The position numbers and the translations under genes are program-made. From NCBI GenBank assembly GCA_964576115.1, contig CAZNUA010000016.1, forward strand, positions 1 through 64,000: a DNA stretch of 64,000 nucleotides, in the 5' to 3' direction. The DNA comes from an uncultured Gemmatimonadota bacterium. Its GTDB lineage: Bacteria; Blakebacterota; Blakebacteria; Blakebacterales; Blakebacteraceae. The notes below the pieces were generated by a model. It was not told the origin of the DNA and did not search any database. It saw only the letters and a list, made by a program, of their open reading frames with translations. Positions 1-9,458 of the stretch are shown piece by piece (positions within the stretch are counted from its first letter, which is position 1; each line of letters opens with the position of its first letter).

Positions 1-1
1 C

Positions 2-346
2 CTAGGGGTTCCTGGTGATGATGTGCGAGCCCAGCAAGACCGCCCGGCCCTGCTGCGACCATGTGCTGGCCGGTGCATCCATGCGGGCCACGCGACGCAC
101 CCGGCGGATCAGGAAACGGCCGTGGATCATGGTCGCCGCCGCCGCCGCGATTGCCACCAGAGTGGTGGTATCGATGGTGGGCGCTTTCTCCAGCGCCCGA
201 GAGCGGGCTGCTTCTTCGCCGGCGTGCAGGCGGTCGTCGAAGCGGCGGATGAGCGCGACCACCAGGCTGGTCAGAGCCAGCACGGCGAAGACGATCGCGA
301 TGCCCGCGATCGTGATATCGATGCCGCTGCCGGTCATATTGTCCAT
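2..346 (-). CDS. OadG/MmdD-like small membrane subunit of a Na+-translocating decarboxylase
   Basis: 114 aa; single N-terminal TM (GIAIVFAVLALTSLVV), 'LVAIAAAAATM' helix and C-terminal 'STWSQQGR' typical of gamma/delta subunits; directly downstream of a carboxyltransferase. Confidence 0.75.
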   Translation of the reverse strand: MDNMTGSGIDITIAGIAIVFAVLALTSLVVALIRRFDDRLHAGEEAARSRALEKAPTIDTTTLVAIAAAAATMIHGRFLIRRVRRVARMDAPASTWSQQGRAVLLGSHIITRNP

Positions 347-412
347 TTCCCGTTCCCTTTTCCCTGCTCCCCCGGGACTGTCTCCCGGGCCGATTCGGAC
401 CTTCCTGCTTTC

Positions 413-1960
413 CTAGAGAGGAATGAGCCCGTGCTTTTTCTGCGGGCGGATCTGACGCTTGGCCTTGAGAACCTCGAGCGCCGCGGCCAGATAGCCGCGG
501 GTGTCGGCCGGTTCGATGATATCGTCGACCAGGCCCCGCGAGGCCGCTTCGAAGGGATTGGCGAAGATCCGCCGGTACTCCTCGATCTTTTCCCGCCGTG
601 CCGCTTCGGGATCGTCGGCCTCGGCGATCTCGCGTCGGTAAAGGACGTTTACCGCTCCCTCGGCGCCCATGACCGCGATTTCGGCCCCCGGCCAGGCACA
701 GGTCCGGTCGGCGGCCATGTCCTTCGAACACATGGCCAGGTAGGCCCCACCGTAGGCCTTGCGCACCACTACGGTCAGCTTCGGCACCGTAGCGGCGGCA
801 TAGGCGAAGAGCATCTTGGCCCCGTGGCGGATGATGCCGCCGTACTCCTGCTGCACCCCGGGCAGGAAGCCGGGCACATCCACCAGCGTCACGAGGGGGA
901 TGTTGAAGGCGTTGCAGAACCGGATGAAGCGGGCCGCCTTGTCGGAGGAGTCAATATCGAGCACTCCGGCCCGGTGCAGAGGCTGGTTGGCCACCACCCC
1001 GATCGTGCGCCCCTCGAGGCGGCCGAAACCGACGATGATATTGGGCGCGAACTGCTCCTGGACCTCGAGAAAGTCAGCGCCGTCGACGATATGGCCGATC
1101 ACCGCATGCATGTCGTAGGGCTGGCGCGGGTCGGCCGGGACGATCTCGTTCAGAACCTCATCGGGAACCAGATAGTCCTCGTGCAGCTCGGGGTAGAAGG
1201 GCGGATCCTCGGTATTGTTGCTGGGCAGGAAACTCAGGAGCCGGCGGGCGATCGCAATCGCCTCGGGCCCGTTTTCAGCCACGAAGTGCACCACCCCGCT
1301 GTAGTGCGCGTGGCTTTCGACCCCGCCGAGCTGTTCGGCTGTCACTTCTTCTCCGGTCACTTCCTTGATGACGGTGGGACCGGTGATATACATCTGCCCC
1401 TCGTGTCGCACCTGGATGATGAAATCGGTCAGGGCCGGAGAATAGGCCGCGCCGCCGGCACACGGTCCGGCGATGATACTGATCTGCGGGACCACTCCGG
1501 AGAGAAGAACATTGTTGAAAAAGATTTTCCCGTATCCCGAGAGCGATTCGACGCCCTCCTGGATGCGGGCTCCGGCACCGTCGTTGATGAAGATGAAGGG
1601 ATCGCCGGTCGTGAGCGCAGCGTTCATCGTCTCGACGATCTTGCGGGCCGTGGCCGCCCCGACCGAGCCGCCGGCCACGGTGAAATCCTGGCTGACGGCG
1701 TAGACCGGCCGTCCGTCCACGATTCCGAAACCGGTCACCACCCCCTCACCCGGCAGGTCCCTGCCGGCCAGGCCGAAATCGACGGCGTGATGGGTGATGA
1801 AGGGATAGGTCTCCTGAAAGGTGTCGGGTTCGAACAGCAGCGCCAGGCGCTCCCGGGCGGTCAGTTTGCCCGCTTCGTGCTGTTTCGCTTGGCGTTCTAC
1901 ACCCCCGCCTTCGATGATTTTCCGGCGGCGTTCGCGCAACTGCCTGATCGACTCATCCAT
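413..1960 (-). CDS. acyl-CoA carboxyltransferase (methylmalonyl-CoA decarboxylase alpha / PCC beta family)
   Basis: 515 aa; GKLTARERL, GARIQEG, GPCAGGAAYSPA, DVPGFLPG, RKAYGGAY, C-terminal KKHGLIPL. Confidence 0.93.
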   Translation of the reverse strand: MDESIRQLRERRRKIIEGGGVERQAKQHEAGKLTARERLALLFEPDTFQETYPFITHHAVDFGLAGRDLPGEGVVTGFGIVDGRPVYAVSQDFTVAGGSVGAATARKIVETMNAALTTGDPFIFINDGAGARIQEGVESLSGYGKIFFNNVLLSGVVPQISIIAGPCAGGAAYSPALTDFIIQVRHEGQMYITGPTVIKEVTGEEVTAEQLGGVESHAHYSGVVHFVAENGPEAIAIARRLLSFLPSNNTEDPPFYPELHEDYLVPDEVLNEIVPADPRQPYDMHAVIGHIVDGADFLEVQEQFAPNIIVGFGRLEGRTIGVVANQPLHRAGVLDIDSSDKAARFIRFCNAFNIPLVTLVDVPGFLPGVQQEYGGIIRHGAKMLFAYAAATVPKLTVVVRKAYGGAYLAMCSKDMAADRTCAWPGAEIAVMGAEGAVNVLYRREIAEADDPEAARREKIEEYRRIFANPFEAASRGLVDDIIEPADTRGYLAAALEVLKAKRQIRPQKKHGLIPL

Positions 1961-1998
1961 GACGGTGTACCTCGTCTGTGCGGCCGGACCGGGGCGGT

Positions 1999-2640
1999 TC
2001 AGGCTCCCGGACCGACGACGGGATTGGCGATCGTGCCAATCCCGGGTATTTCGATCTCGACGATGTCGCCGGCCGTGAGCGGTCCGACTCCGGCCGTTGT
2101 GCCGGTGGCGATCAGATCGCCTGGCTCGAGGGTCATGACGGATGCAATATAAGCCACGATCGCGGGTATGCCGAAGTGCATGTCGGCCGCCTCGCCGTGC
2201 TGACGTTCGACTCCGTTGACCCGGCCGATGACTTCCAGCTCACGCCACCGCCCGGGTTCGAGCGGCACCACCGCCGGCCCGACGGCGCAGAAGGTGTCGA
2301 AACCCTTGGCCCGGGTCCACTGTTTGTCGGTGCGCTGCAGGTCGCGGGCGGTGACGTCGTTGACACAGACGTAGCCGGCTATGGCCGCTTCGGCTTCCTC
2401 CGAATCGATATTCCTGACCGTCGCACCGATGACGACCCCGATCTCGGCCTCGTGCTCCACCTGCCTTGACTGGGGAGGCAGGACAATCGTCTCGCCGTCA
2501 TAGACGACCGCCGAAGGCGGTTTGAGGAACAGGAGCGGCTCGGTCGGCAGCTCGTTGCCGAGCTCGGCCGCATGCAGGGCGTAGTTGCGCCCCACGCAGA
2601 CGATCTTGCCGGGACGGTTCAGACCGGGGATGAACTCCAT
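1999..2640 (-). CDS. fumarylacetoacetate hydrolase family protein
   Basis: KIVCVGRNYALHAAE, LFLKPPS, EHEAE, NDVTARD, KGFDTF, LEPGDLIATGT. Confidence 0.93.
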   Translation of the reverse strand: MEFIPGLNRPGKIVCVGRNYALHAAELGNELPTEPLLFLKPPSAVVYDGETIVLPPQSRQVEHEAEIGVVIGATVRNIDSEEAEAAIAGYVCVNDVTARDLQRTDKQWTRAKGFDTFCAVGPAVVPLEPGRWRELEVIGRVNGVERQHGEAADMHFGIPAIVAYIASVMTLEPGDLIATGTTAGVGPLTAGDIVEIEIPGIGTIANPVVGPGA

Positions 2641-2737
2641 GATGCAGGACTCCTTTCACCGAGCCCACAGAGGCCGATTCGCGAATTGCCTGTGCCAACG
2701 GAGAATGATGCGTACCGGTCGACAATATGACCGCTCG

Positions 2738-2772
2738 GATACAATCTGAATATTCAATATTCAGATTGCATC
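2738..2772. promoter_or_regulatory. AT-rich perfect palindrome, candidate transcription-factor operator
   Basis: CAATCTGAATATT-c-AATATTCAGATTG (2742-2768), a 13-bp perfect inverted repeat flanked by GAT/ATC, about 100 bp upstream of the FAH gene start. Confidence 0.6.
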
Positions 2773-2825
2773 TCGTACCCCGAGTCATGCGATCTGCTGC
2801 CGCCTGGCGCAGACCGCCCATACGC

Positions 2826-2862
2826 AAACCGGGCGGTACTCCGCGAAGGGAGCGCCGCCCGG
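2826..2862 (-). terminator. probable intrinsic terminator of the S9 peptidase gene
   Basis: minus-strand hairpin CCGGGCGGcgCTCCc-ttcg-cGGAGtaCCGCCCGG followed by TTTG, 30 nt after the stop codon. Confidence 0.6.
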
Positions 2863-2891
2863 CCGATACGGTTCTTCTTCGGGCCGTCGGT

Positions 2892-5495
2892 TCAGAAACC
2901 GGGGGGGACGCGGCCGCGCCGGCCCCGGCGTCCTTCCCCTTCGCCCTCATCCTCCTTCTCGTAGTCCTCGTAATGCAGCACGTACCGATCGAGCCAGGCT
3001 ACCCAGCGAGCCCAGAGGTCGAGGGTCGTCTCGACCGTGGCGGGCCCGTGATCCTCGTACGGGTACATGTAGAGGGCGGCTGTCTTGCCCAGGTCGTTCA
3101 GGGCGTGGAACATCTTCGGCGCGTGGAAGGGCGCGGTACCGGTGTTCTGGTCGTGCTGCCCGTGGTACATCAGCAGGGCGCCGTTGAGTTCGTTGGCCCA
3201 GAGGATCGGCGACATCCGCAGGTACACCTCGCGCATCTCCCACAGTTCGCGCCGCTCGGACTGGAAGCCGGCCGGGGTCAGAAGGCGGTTGTAGTTGCCG
3301 TCGCCGGCGATCCCGGCCCGGAAGAAGGGGGTCTGGATCAGAGCATTGGCGGTCCCGAAGGCACCGTAGGAGTGCCCCCCGATGGCCAGCCGGTCGGGAT
3401 CGATGATCGCCTTCTCATCCAGGGCCCTGATCACGGCGTAGAGGTTCTGACGCAGGTCGGCGGTGTAGGTGTCGTTCAGCGCCCCCTCCGAGCCCATGAT
3501 CGGACAGGCCGGTTCGATCACAGCGTAGCCCAGGATGGTCAGAATCTCCATCGAGCGGGTACTCACCCGCGGGAAGCTGTTGATATTGGTCCGGCGCATC
3601 GACTCGTCCAGGTCCTTCTGGCTGGTGTACTCGCGCGGGTAGAACCAGAACATGGCCGGCAGGCGGGTGCCGGCAACGTAGCCGGGCGGCAGGGTGACAT
3701 CGACCCAGAAGGTGATCCCGTCGGCCCGGGTGACCTGGAAGCGCTGCCGCTGGGCTCCAGTGACCTGCGGGGCGTAATCGACGTTGTCGGTCAGCTTGCG
3801 GACCGTGCCGGTGGCGGTCTCGACCAGCCAGGAGTCGCTGATCATGGTCGGCGATTCGCGCGAGATGATGAGCTGGGTGGCGTCGTCATCCAGCTGTTCG
3901 AGGATCCTGTCCGAGCTGTCCTCCCCCCCCGTCCAGAGAGTGTCGATCTCCCCGGTGGCGATCTCGACTCGGTGGAAGAAGGGCCTGGGAGCCTGCTCCT
4001 GCCAGTTCTCAAACGATTGCGTACCCGCGAGGTAGGCGCAGGAACCGTCGCTCGAGGTACGTACGACCGCTGCCCCGAGCGGGCCCGGCTTCATCTGCAG
4101 ACCACCCCGGGTGTCGTAGTAGTCGTCGGTATCGCGCTCGTAGATGGTGAAGCGCGTTTCGGGATCGTCGAGGTTGACGGCATACAGGGTCTCGGTCGAA
4201 CCCTCCCGCTCGGTGATGTAGAGGGTCTGGCAGTCGGCCGAATAAAGCACGCTTCTCATCCGGGTTTCGGACTCGAACACGATTTCAGTCGAGGTCGAAT
4301 CGAAGGGCGCGACCCAGAGCATGACCCGATCCTTGCGGGGGTGCTCTTCCTCCTGCTCGCTCTCCTCCTGCGGTTCCTCGTCGCCCTCTTCGCCGCGCTG
4401 GCGCGGCTCCTGCTCCAGGTAGCTCAATCCCGCTCCGTCGGGGCGCCAGGAGAGGCTGCGCTTGCCCTGCTGATCTCCGCCCCGTGCGAAGCCGCCCCCA
4501 CCGCCGTCGGAGATGCCGGTGCGCAGTTCACGTGAGGAGATCTCGGTCAGCACGTTGCCCTCCAGGTCCCAGATCTCCTCGACCGAGCCGAAGTTGGAGA
4601 CCGGCACGATATAGGAGAAGGGTTTGGTCATGCGCGTGACCCGCAGGTACTGCCCGTCGGGCGAGATATTGAAACTGCGGATCATGTCGGGGGCCCCGAT
4701 CGGGGCGGCCCGGCGACGGGCGACATCGATCAGGGCCAGCTGCCCCGTCGAGTAGTACTCGAGCAGGGTCATGTCGTGCGGGGTTTCGAGCAGGCTGGCG
4801 TAGATGCGCAGTTTGTTCTCGCCCTCTTCGGTCACCCGTATCATGGGGGTGGTTGGGACCGGCGGTTCGGGCGGCGCATCGGCCCGATCCTCGGGCACGA
4901 GCACGCAGACGATATGGGCCGAATCGGCGGTCCAGGTGAAGGACGAAGCCAGGGTTGTCAGGGTGGGCGTGCGGGTCACGGCCCGGGCCCGGCCCGAGTC
5001 GATCTCGTAGACCCAGATGTGGGTGGCCTCGTCGGTATGCACGTAGTAGGCCAGTTTGGTGCCGTCGGGGCTGAAACTCGGATTCGAGACCCGGGCGCCG
5101 TCAGGGGCGTCGATCCGCACCCGGTTCAGGTCGGGCCAGCCGATCAGCTCGAAGCCGGGGTTGTTCCGGGTGGTGTAACGCCGGTTCCGGTTGGCTACCG
5201 GATCGATTTGCTGTCCGCCCAGGCGGTAGAAAGGCCGGGCGAAGAGGGCCACCGAGGGCAGGCCGTCACTCAGAGTTCGCAGGAACCACCGTCCGTCGGG
5301 GCTGCGGTTTGAGAGGGTGACGTTATCCGACCACGGGGCCAGGGCGATGGCGGCGATCTCTTCGGGCGGGCTCAGATAGCCTTCGGCGTTGATGATCTCT
5401 TCGGCGTTCTGGGCCAGGGCAGCACCGGCCCACAGCACGAGCAGCAGTGCCGTCGCCGTCAGGGTGCGCAGACGCGGGAATGAAGCATTGAACAT
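2892..5495 (-). CDS. secreted S9 (prolyl oligopeptidase) family peptidase, glutamyl-endopeptidase-like
   Basis: ATG 5495 with AAGGAG RBS; signal peptide ending ALA-Q; propeller N-domain; GGHSYGA nucleophile motif, DQNTG Asp and EDH His. Confidence 0.9.
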   Translation of the reverse strand: MFNASFPRLRTLTATALLLVLWAGAALAQNAEEIINAEGYLSPPEEIAAIALAPWSDNVTLSNRSPDGRWFLRTLSDGLPSVALFARPFYRLGGQQIDPVANRNRRYTTRNNPGFELIGWPDLNRVRIDAPDGARVSNPSFSPDGTKLAYYVHTDEATHIWVYEIDSGRARAVTRTPTLTTLASSFTWTADSAHIVCVLVPEDRADAPPEPPVPTTPMIRVTEEGENKLRIYASLLETPHDMTLLEYYSTGQLALIDVARRRAAPIGAPDMIRSFNISPDGQYLRVTRMTKPFSYIVPVSNFGSVEEIWDLEGNVLTEISSRELRTGISDGGGGGFARGGDQQGKRSLSWRPDGAGLSYLEQEPRQRGEEGDEEPQEESEQEEEHPRKDRVMLWVAPFDSTSTEIVFESETRMRSVLYSADCQTLYITEREGSTETLYAVNLDDPETRFTIYERDTDDYYDTRGGLQMKPGPLGAAVVRTSSDGSCAYLAGTQSFENWQEQAPRPFFHRVEIATGEIDTLWTGGEDSSDRILEQLDDDATQLIISRESPTMISDSWLVETATGTVRKLTDNVDYAPQVTGAQRQRFQVTRADGITFWVDVTLPPGYVAGTRLPAMFWFYPREYTSQKDLDESMRRTNINSFPRVSTRSMEILTILGYAVIEPACPIMGSEGALNDTYTADLRQNLYAVIRALDEKAIIDPDRLAIGGHSYGAFGTANALIQTPFFRAGIAGDGNYNRLLTPAGFQSERRELWEMREVYLRMSPILWANELNGALLMYHGQHDQNTGTAPFHAPKMFHALNDLGKTAALYMYPYEDHGPATVETTLDLWARWVAWLDRYVLHYEDYEKEDEGEGEGRRGRRGRVPPGF

Positions 5496-5584
5496 GGGAT
5501 CGACTCCTTGCCGGTTTTTTCCTGCCGGTACTCTATCGGTCATACCGCCGGGGGGCAAACGATCCTCAATCGAACGTACGGGGA

Positions 5585-7312
5585 TCAGGTCTGCAGCACT
5601 CCCGGTGTGAAGAGGGGAAATTCCTTCTGGTGCGCGGCCGCGTCGAGAGCGGCGATGATCCAGAACCTCGTTTCGAGCGGATCTATGATGGCGTCGACCC
5701 AGAGCCGGGCGGCGGCATAGCGGGCGTCGGTGGTCCGTTCGTACTCGGCCTTGATCGAGTCGAGGATCTCCTGTTTGTCCTCGGCCGAGAGCTCCTTGCC
5801 CTGCCGCTCCAGGCTCTTGACCCGGATATCGGCCAGGGTGTTGGCGGCCTGGGCTCCTCCCATGACGGCGTACTCGGCGGTGGGCCAGGCGAAGATGAAG
5901 CGCGGATCGTAAGCCTTGCCGGCCAGGGCGTAGTTGCCGGCGCCGTAGGAGCCGCCCACGATGACGGTGATCTTGGGTACGATCGAGTTCGCAACCACGT
6001 TGACCATCTTCGAGCCGGCTCTGATGATGCCGTCGAATTCGGCGTCGCGTCCGACCATGAAACCCGACACATCGTGCAGAAAGAGAAGGGGAACCATGTT
6101 CTGGTTGCAGTCCATCATGAAGCGGGCCGCCTTCTCGGCCGATTCGGGGTAGATCACCCCGCCCACCTCGGGCATACCGCGGGCCGGAGTGGAGGAGAGA
6201 CGCTGGTTAGCCACGATCCCCACGCTCCATCCCCCCACCCGGGCGTAGCCGCAGAGTACCGTCCGGCCGATATCGGCCCGGTATTCCACGAACTCGGAAT
6301 CATCCACGATCCGGGCGATGATCTCGCGCATATCGTACTGCTGAGTCGGGTCGTCCTGGTAAATGCCGTAGAGATCGTCGACCTCATAGCGGGGTTCGAC
6401 CGGCTCGGCCCGATCGAAGGGGGCTCCTTCGCGCCGGCCCATCTGGGCCACCAGCCGGCGCAGACGTTTGAGGCAGCCTTCGTCATCGGCTTCACGGAAA
6501 TCCACCGTGCCGCTCACGGCGGCATGGATCCAGACCCCGCCGAGCTCCTCGTGGCTGATCTCCTGGCCGATGGCGGCCTTGACCAGCGCCGGACCGCCGA
6601 TGTACAGCCCCGAGCCCTCGGTCATGAGAATCTTGTCGGTCATGACCGGCAGGTAGGCCCCGCCGGCTACGCAGTAGCCCATGATGGCGGTGATCTGGGG
6701 GATTCCCTTGGCCGTCATGCGGGCGTTGAGGTAGAAAATGCGGCCGAAATCATCCTGATCGGGGAAGACGTCCTCCTGCAGGGGCAGGAAGATACCGGCC
6801 GAGTCCACCAGGTACAGGGTCGGCAGATGACACTGTTCGGCGATGTACTGGGCCCGGATGATTTTCTTGGCCGTCATCGGGAAGAACGCCCCCGCCTTCA
6901 CGGTGGCGTCGTTGGCGATGATCATCACCAGCCGGCCTTCGACCCGGCCCAGCCCGCAGACCGTTCCCGCGGCCGGCGCCCCGCCCCACTCCTCGTACAT
7001 CCCCCAGGCGACGAACTCGCCCAGTTCGAAGAAGCGGCTGTCCGCATCGATCAGCTTTTCGATCCGCTCCCGGGCCGTGAGCCGGCCCTTGGCGTGCTGT
7101 TTCTCGATGTTCTTCTCGCCCCCGCCCAGATGGATCTGCCGCTGCGATTTGCGAATGTCGACGACTCGTGCGGCCATTCGCTCGTAGGTGTCCCGAAAGC
7201 GATCCGAGAGGCGGCGATCGCGATCGATCGCCGTGCCCAGAATGTTGTCGGTCGGGGGGGGAGCGGGACGCTCGGGGGCGGGATGATCGTCTGGGGTCGG
7301 CTTCGGGGCCAT
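5585..7312 (-). CDS. acyl-CoA carboxylase carboxyltransferase subunit (methylcrotonyl-CoA carboxylase beta-like)
   Basis: GRLTARERI, ANDATVKAGA, LVDSAG, CVAGGAY, GSYGAGNY, VMGGAQAA; start placed at ATG 7312. Confidence 0.9.
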   Translation of the reverse strand: MAPKPTPDDHPAPERPAPPPTDNILGTAIDRDRRLSDRFRDTYERMAARVVDIRKSQRQIHLGGGEKNIEKQHAKGRLTARERIEKLIDADSRFFELGEFVAWGMYEEWGGAPAAGTVCGLGRVEGRLVMIIANDATVKAGAFFPMTAKKIIRAQYIAEQCHLPTLYLVDSAGIFLPLQEDVFPDQDDFGRIFYLNARMTAKGIPQITAIMGYCVAGGAYLPVMTDKILMTEGSGLYIGGPALVKAAIGQEISHEELGGVWIHAAVSGTVDFREADDEGCLKRLRRLVAQMGRREGAPFDRAEPVEPRYEVDDLYGIYQDDPTQQYDMREIIARIVDDSEFVEYRADIGRTVLCGYARVGGWSVGIVANQRLSSTPARGMPEVGGVIYPESAEKAARFMMDCNQNMVPLLFLHDVSGFMVGRDAEFDGIIRAGSKMVNVVANSIVPKITVIVGGSYGAGNYALAGKAYDPRFIFAWPTAEYAVMGGAQAANTLADIRVKSLERQGKELSAEDKQEILDSIKAEYERTTDARYAAARLWVDAIIDPLETRFWIIAALDAAAHQKEFPLFTPGVLQT

Positions 7313-7440
7313 CGCAGTCGCTCCGTTTCCTGCTGCGCGGGTGGTTCGGGTTACGGCAACCGGAGATCCTGATCCGGATGATAGGGCGAAGCGACCCGGG
7401 AGTCGAGCCCCGCAAGCGTGAACCGGATCAGACGGCAATC

Positions 7441-8094
7441 TCAGCGGTGGCGCAGAACCTCCAGGTCCTCGTTGCGTCCCAGCAGGACCAGGATGTCGGA
7501 ATCTTTGACCAGGAAATCACCGCCGGGGGCCACCACGACCTCGTCGGGAACGACCTGCTGAACCAGGATGACGGTCACGTTGAAGGTACTGCGCAGATGG
7601 AGTTCGGCCAGGGTCTTGCCGATCATCTCCCTGCGTGGAGCCCACTCGAGCAGGCTGTAGTCGCCGCCGAGGGGAAAGAACTCGATCACGTCCTGATCGG
7701 CCATCCGGAACGCAACCCGTTCGGCCATGTCGCGGTCGGGGTAGACGACCTCGTCGGCCCCCACCCGCTCCAGCACGGTGCCGTGATCCTCACTCACCGC
7801 CTTGACGATGATATTGCCGGCCCCCAGCTCTTTCAGATAGAGCGTGGTCAGGACCGAGGCTTCGATCCGGTCGCCCAGGTTGACCAGCACCGTGTCGAAG
7901 GTCTCGATCTCGAGTTCGCGCAAGGCCGTGCGGTCGGTGGCATCGGCGATGACGGCGGTGGTGACGATCTCCTTGACCTGCTCGAGGGCCGTCTCATTGC
8001 AGTCCACCGCCAGGACCTCATGACCGGTCCGGGAGAACGCCTGGCAGAGGAAATTGCCGAAGTTGCCCACCCCGATGATCGCGAATCTTTTCAT
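7441..8094 (-). CDS. ktrA: TrkA/KtrA family K+ uptake NAD-binding (RCK) subunit
   Basis: FAIIGVGNFG Rossmann motif, GADEVVYP, TrkA-C domain; follows KtrB. Confidence 0.9.
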   Translation of the reverse strand: MKRFAIIGVGNFGNFLCQAFSRTGHEVLAVDCNETALEQVKEIVTTAVIADATDRTALRELEIETFDTVLVNLGDRIEASVLTTLYLKELGAGNIIVKAVSEDHGTVLERVGADEVVYPDRDMAERVAFRMADQDVIEFFPLGGDYSLLEWAPRREMIGKTLAELHLRSTFNVTVILVQQVVPDEVVVAPGGDFLVKDSDILVLLGRNEDLEVLRHR

Positions 8095-8096
8095 GA

Positions 8097-9458
8097 TTAT
8101 CCCACCATGACTTTGTCTTCGACGAAACGAAAGGCCGTCCGTCGGGCCCGGGCCGCCACGGCGATCGCCATCGTCAGCGGCCCGATCCGACCCACGAACA
8201 TGAGCAGGGTGATCAGCAGGCGCCCCACGGTCGAGAGTTCGGGCGTCACCCCAGTCGAAAGGCCGACCGTCCCGAAAGCGCTGACCGTTTCGAAGAAGAG
8301 CCGGATGAATTCACCTTCGGTGGCGGCATGGCTCTGGCCTCCGGTTTCCACGATGACGAGCAGAAACGTGAAGATCGCCACCGTGGCCACGCCCAGAGCC
8401 ATGATCCCCATTGCTTCGGCCACGGTTTTCTCCCGAATGCGACGCTTGAAGAGGACCACATCGTTCAGCCCTCTGATCCGGCTGCGAGCGAGCAACAGCA
8501 AGACCCCCATGGTTGTGACCTTGATCCCGCCCGCACAGCTCCCCGGCGCCCCGCCGATGAACATGAGCAGGATGAGAAGCATCAGAGCGGCATTCGAAGC
8601 TTGAGCGATTTCGACCGTGTTGAATCCGGCCGTGCGGGGAGTAACCGCCTGAAAGAGGGCCCCCACGATCTTTTGCGGCCAGGACAGATCGATGAGCGTA
8701 TTCCCCGCTTCCAGGGCCAGAAACAGGATTCCTCCCCCCAGGATGAGGATACCGGTGAACACGAGGGTGAAACGGGAGTGGAGGGTCAGGCGCCGATGCG
8801 GTGTCAGGCGCCGGCTCCGGGGACCGAAGGTCCCCATATCGATGAGAACCGTGTAGCCGAGCCCCCCCGCGATGATAAGCAGCATGAGAATGAAGTTGAT
8901 GACCGGATCGGTCTGGTAGGCGATGAAGCTGTCGGCATTCAGGCTGAAGCCGGCATTGCAGAAGGCCGATACGGAATGGAACAGGGCGTTATACACGGCC
9001 CGGGCCGGTTCCATGCCGTGCTGATGCAGGAACCGCCCGGCCAGAAGAATGGTCCCGGCGGCCTCGATCCCCAGGGTCAGCCAGAAAACATTGCGCAGCA
9101 GCCCCCAGATATCGAGGTGACGTTCGCCGGTCAGGGTGCGGGTGACGATATCGCGATCCTGCCAGCGCAGACGCACCCCGATGCTGATGATGAAGAAGGT
9201 GCCCAGGGTCATGATGCCCATGCCGCCGATCTGAATGAGCAGCAGAATCACCAGCTGACCGAAGAGCGTGAAGTGGGTGCCGGTATCCACCACGACGAGG
9301 CCGGTGACACAGGTGGCCGAGGTGGCGGTGAAGAGGGCGTCAGTCAGGGTGAGGGGACCGGTGGTATGAGCGCCGGGGAGCAGGAGCAGCAGGGTGCCGA
9401 GCAGGATCGTCGTGATGAAGGCAATGACGATGATCTGCGGTGGCGTCAGTTTCTTCAC
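8097..9458 (-). CDS. ktrB: TrkH/KtrB family K+ uptake membrane protein
   Basis: ALFTATSATCVTGL, SAFCNAGF, TPRTAGF, SAFGTVGLS pore loops; GTG start overlapping upstream TGA. Confidence 0.93.
   Translation of the reverse strand: MKKLTPPQIIVIAFITTILLGTLLLLLPGAHTTGPLTLTDALFTATSATCVTGLVVVDTGTHFTLFGQLVILLLIQIGGMGIMTLGTFFIISIGVRLRWQDRDIVTRTLTGERHLDIWGLLRNVFWLTLGIEAAGTILLAGRFLHQHGMEPARAVYNALFHSVSAFCNAGFSLNADSFIAYQTDPVINFILMLLIIAGGLGYTVLIDMGTFGPRSRRLTPHRRLTLHSRFTLVFTGILILGGGILFLALEAGNTLIDLSWPQKIVGALFQAVTPRTAGFNTVEIAQASNAALMLLILLMFIGGAPGSCAGGIKVTTMGVLLLLARSRIRGLNDVVLFKRRIREKTVAEAMGIMALGVATVAIFTFLLVIVETGGQSHAATEGEFIRLFFETVSAFGTVGLSTGVTPELSTVGRLLITLLMFVGRIGPLTMAIAVAARARRTAFRFVEDKVMVG

Noticed and set aside
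23-2152. Long antisense ORFs (e.g. 23..2152+, 2727..4535+, 5630..7372+, 20999..23104+, 33837..36110+, 44134..45957+, 61917..63818-)
   Set aside because: They mirror well-supported genes on the opposite strand and have no recognisable motifs; typical stop-poor shadows of GC3-biased coding DNA
2682-2699. TTGGCACAGGCAATTC upstream of the FAH gene as a sigma-54 promoter
   Set aside because: Good -24 element but no GC at the required GG-N10-GC position
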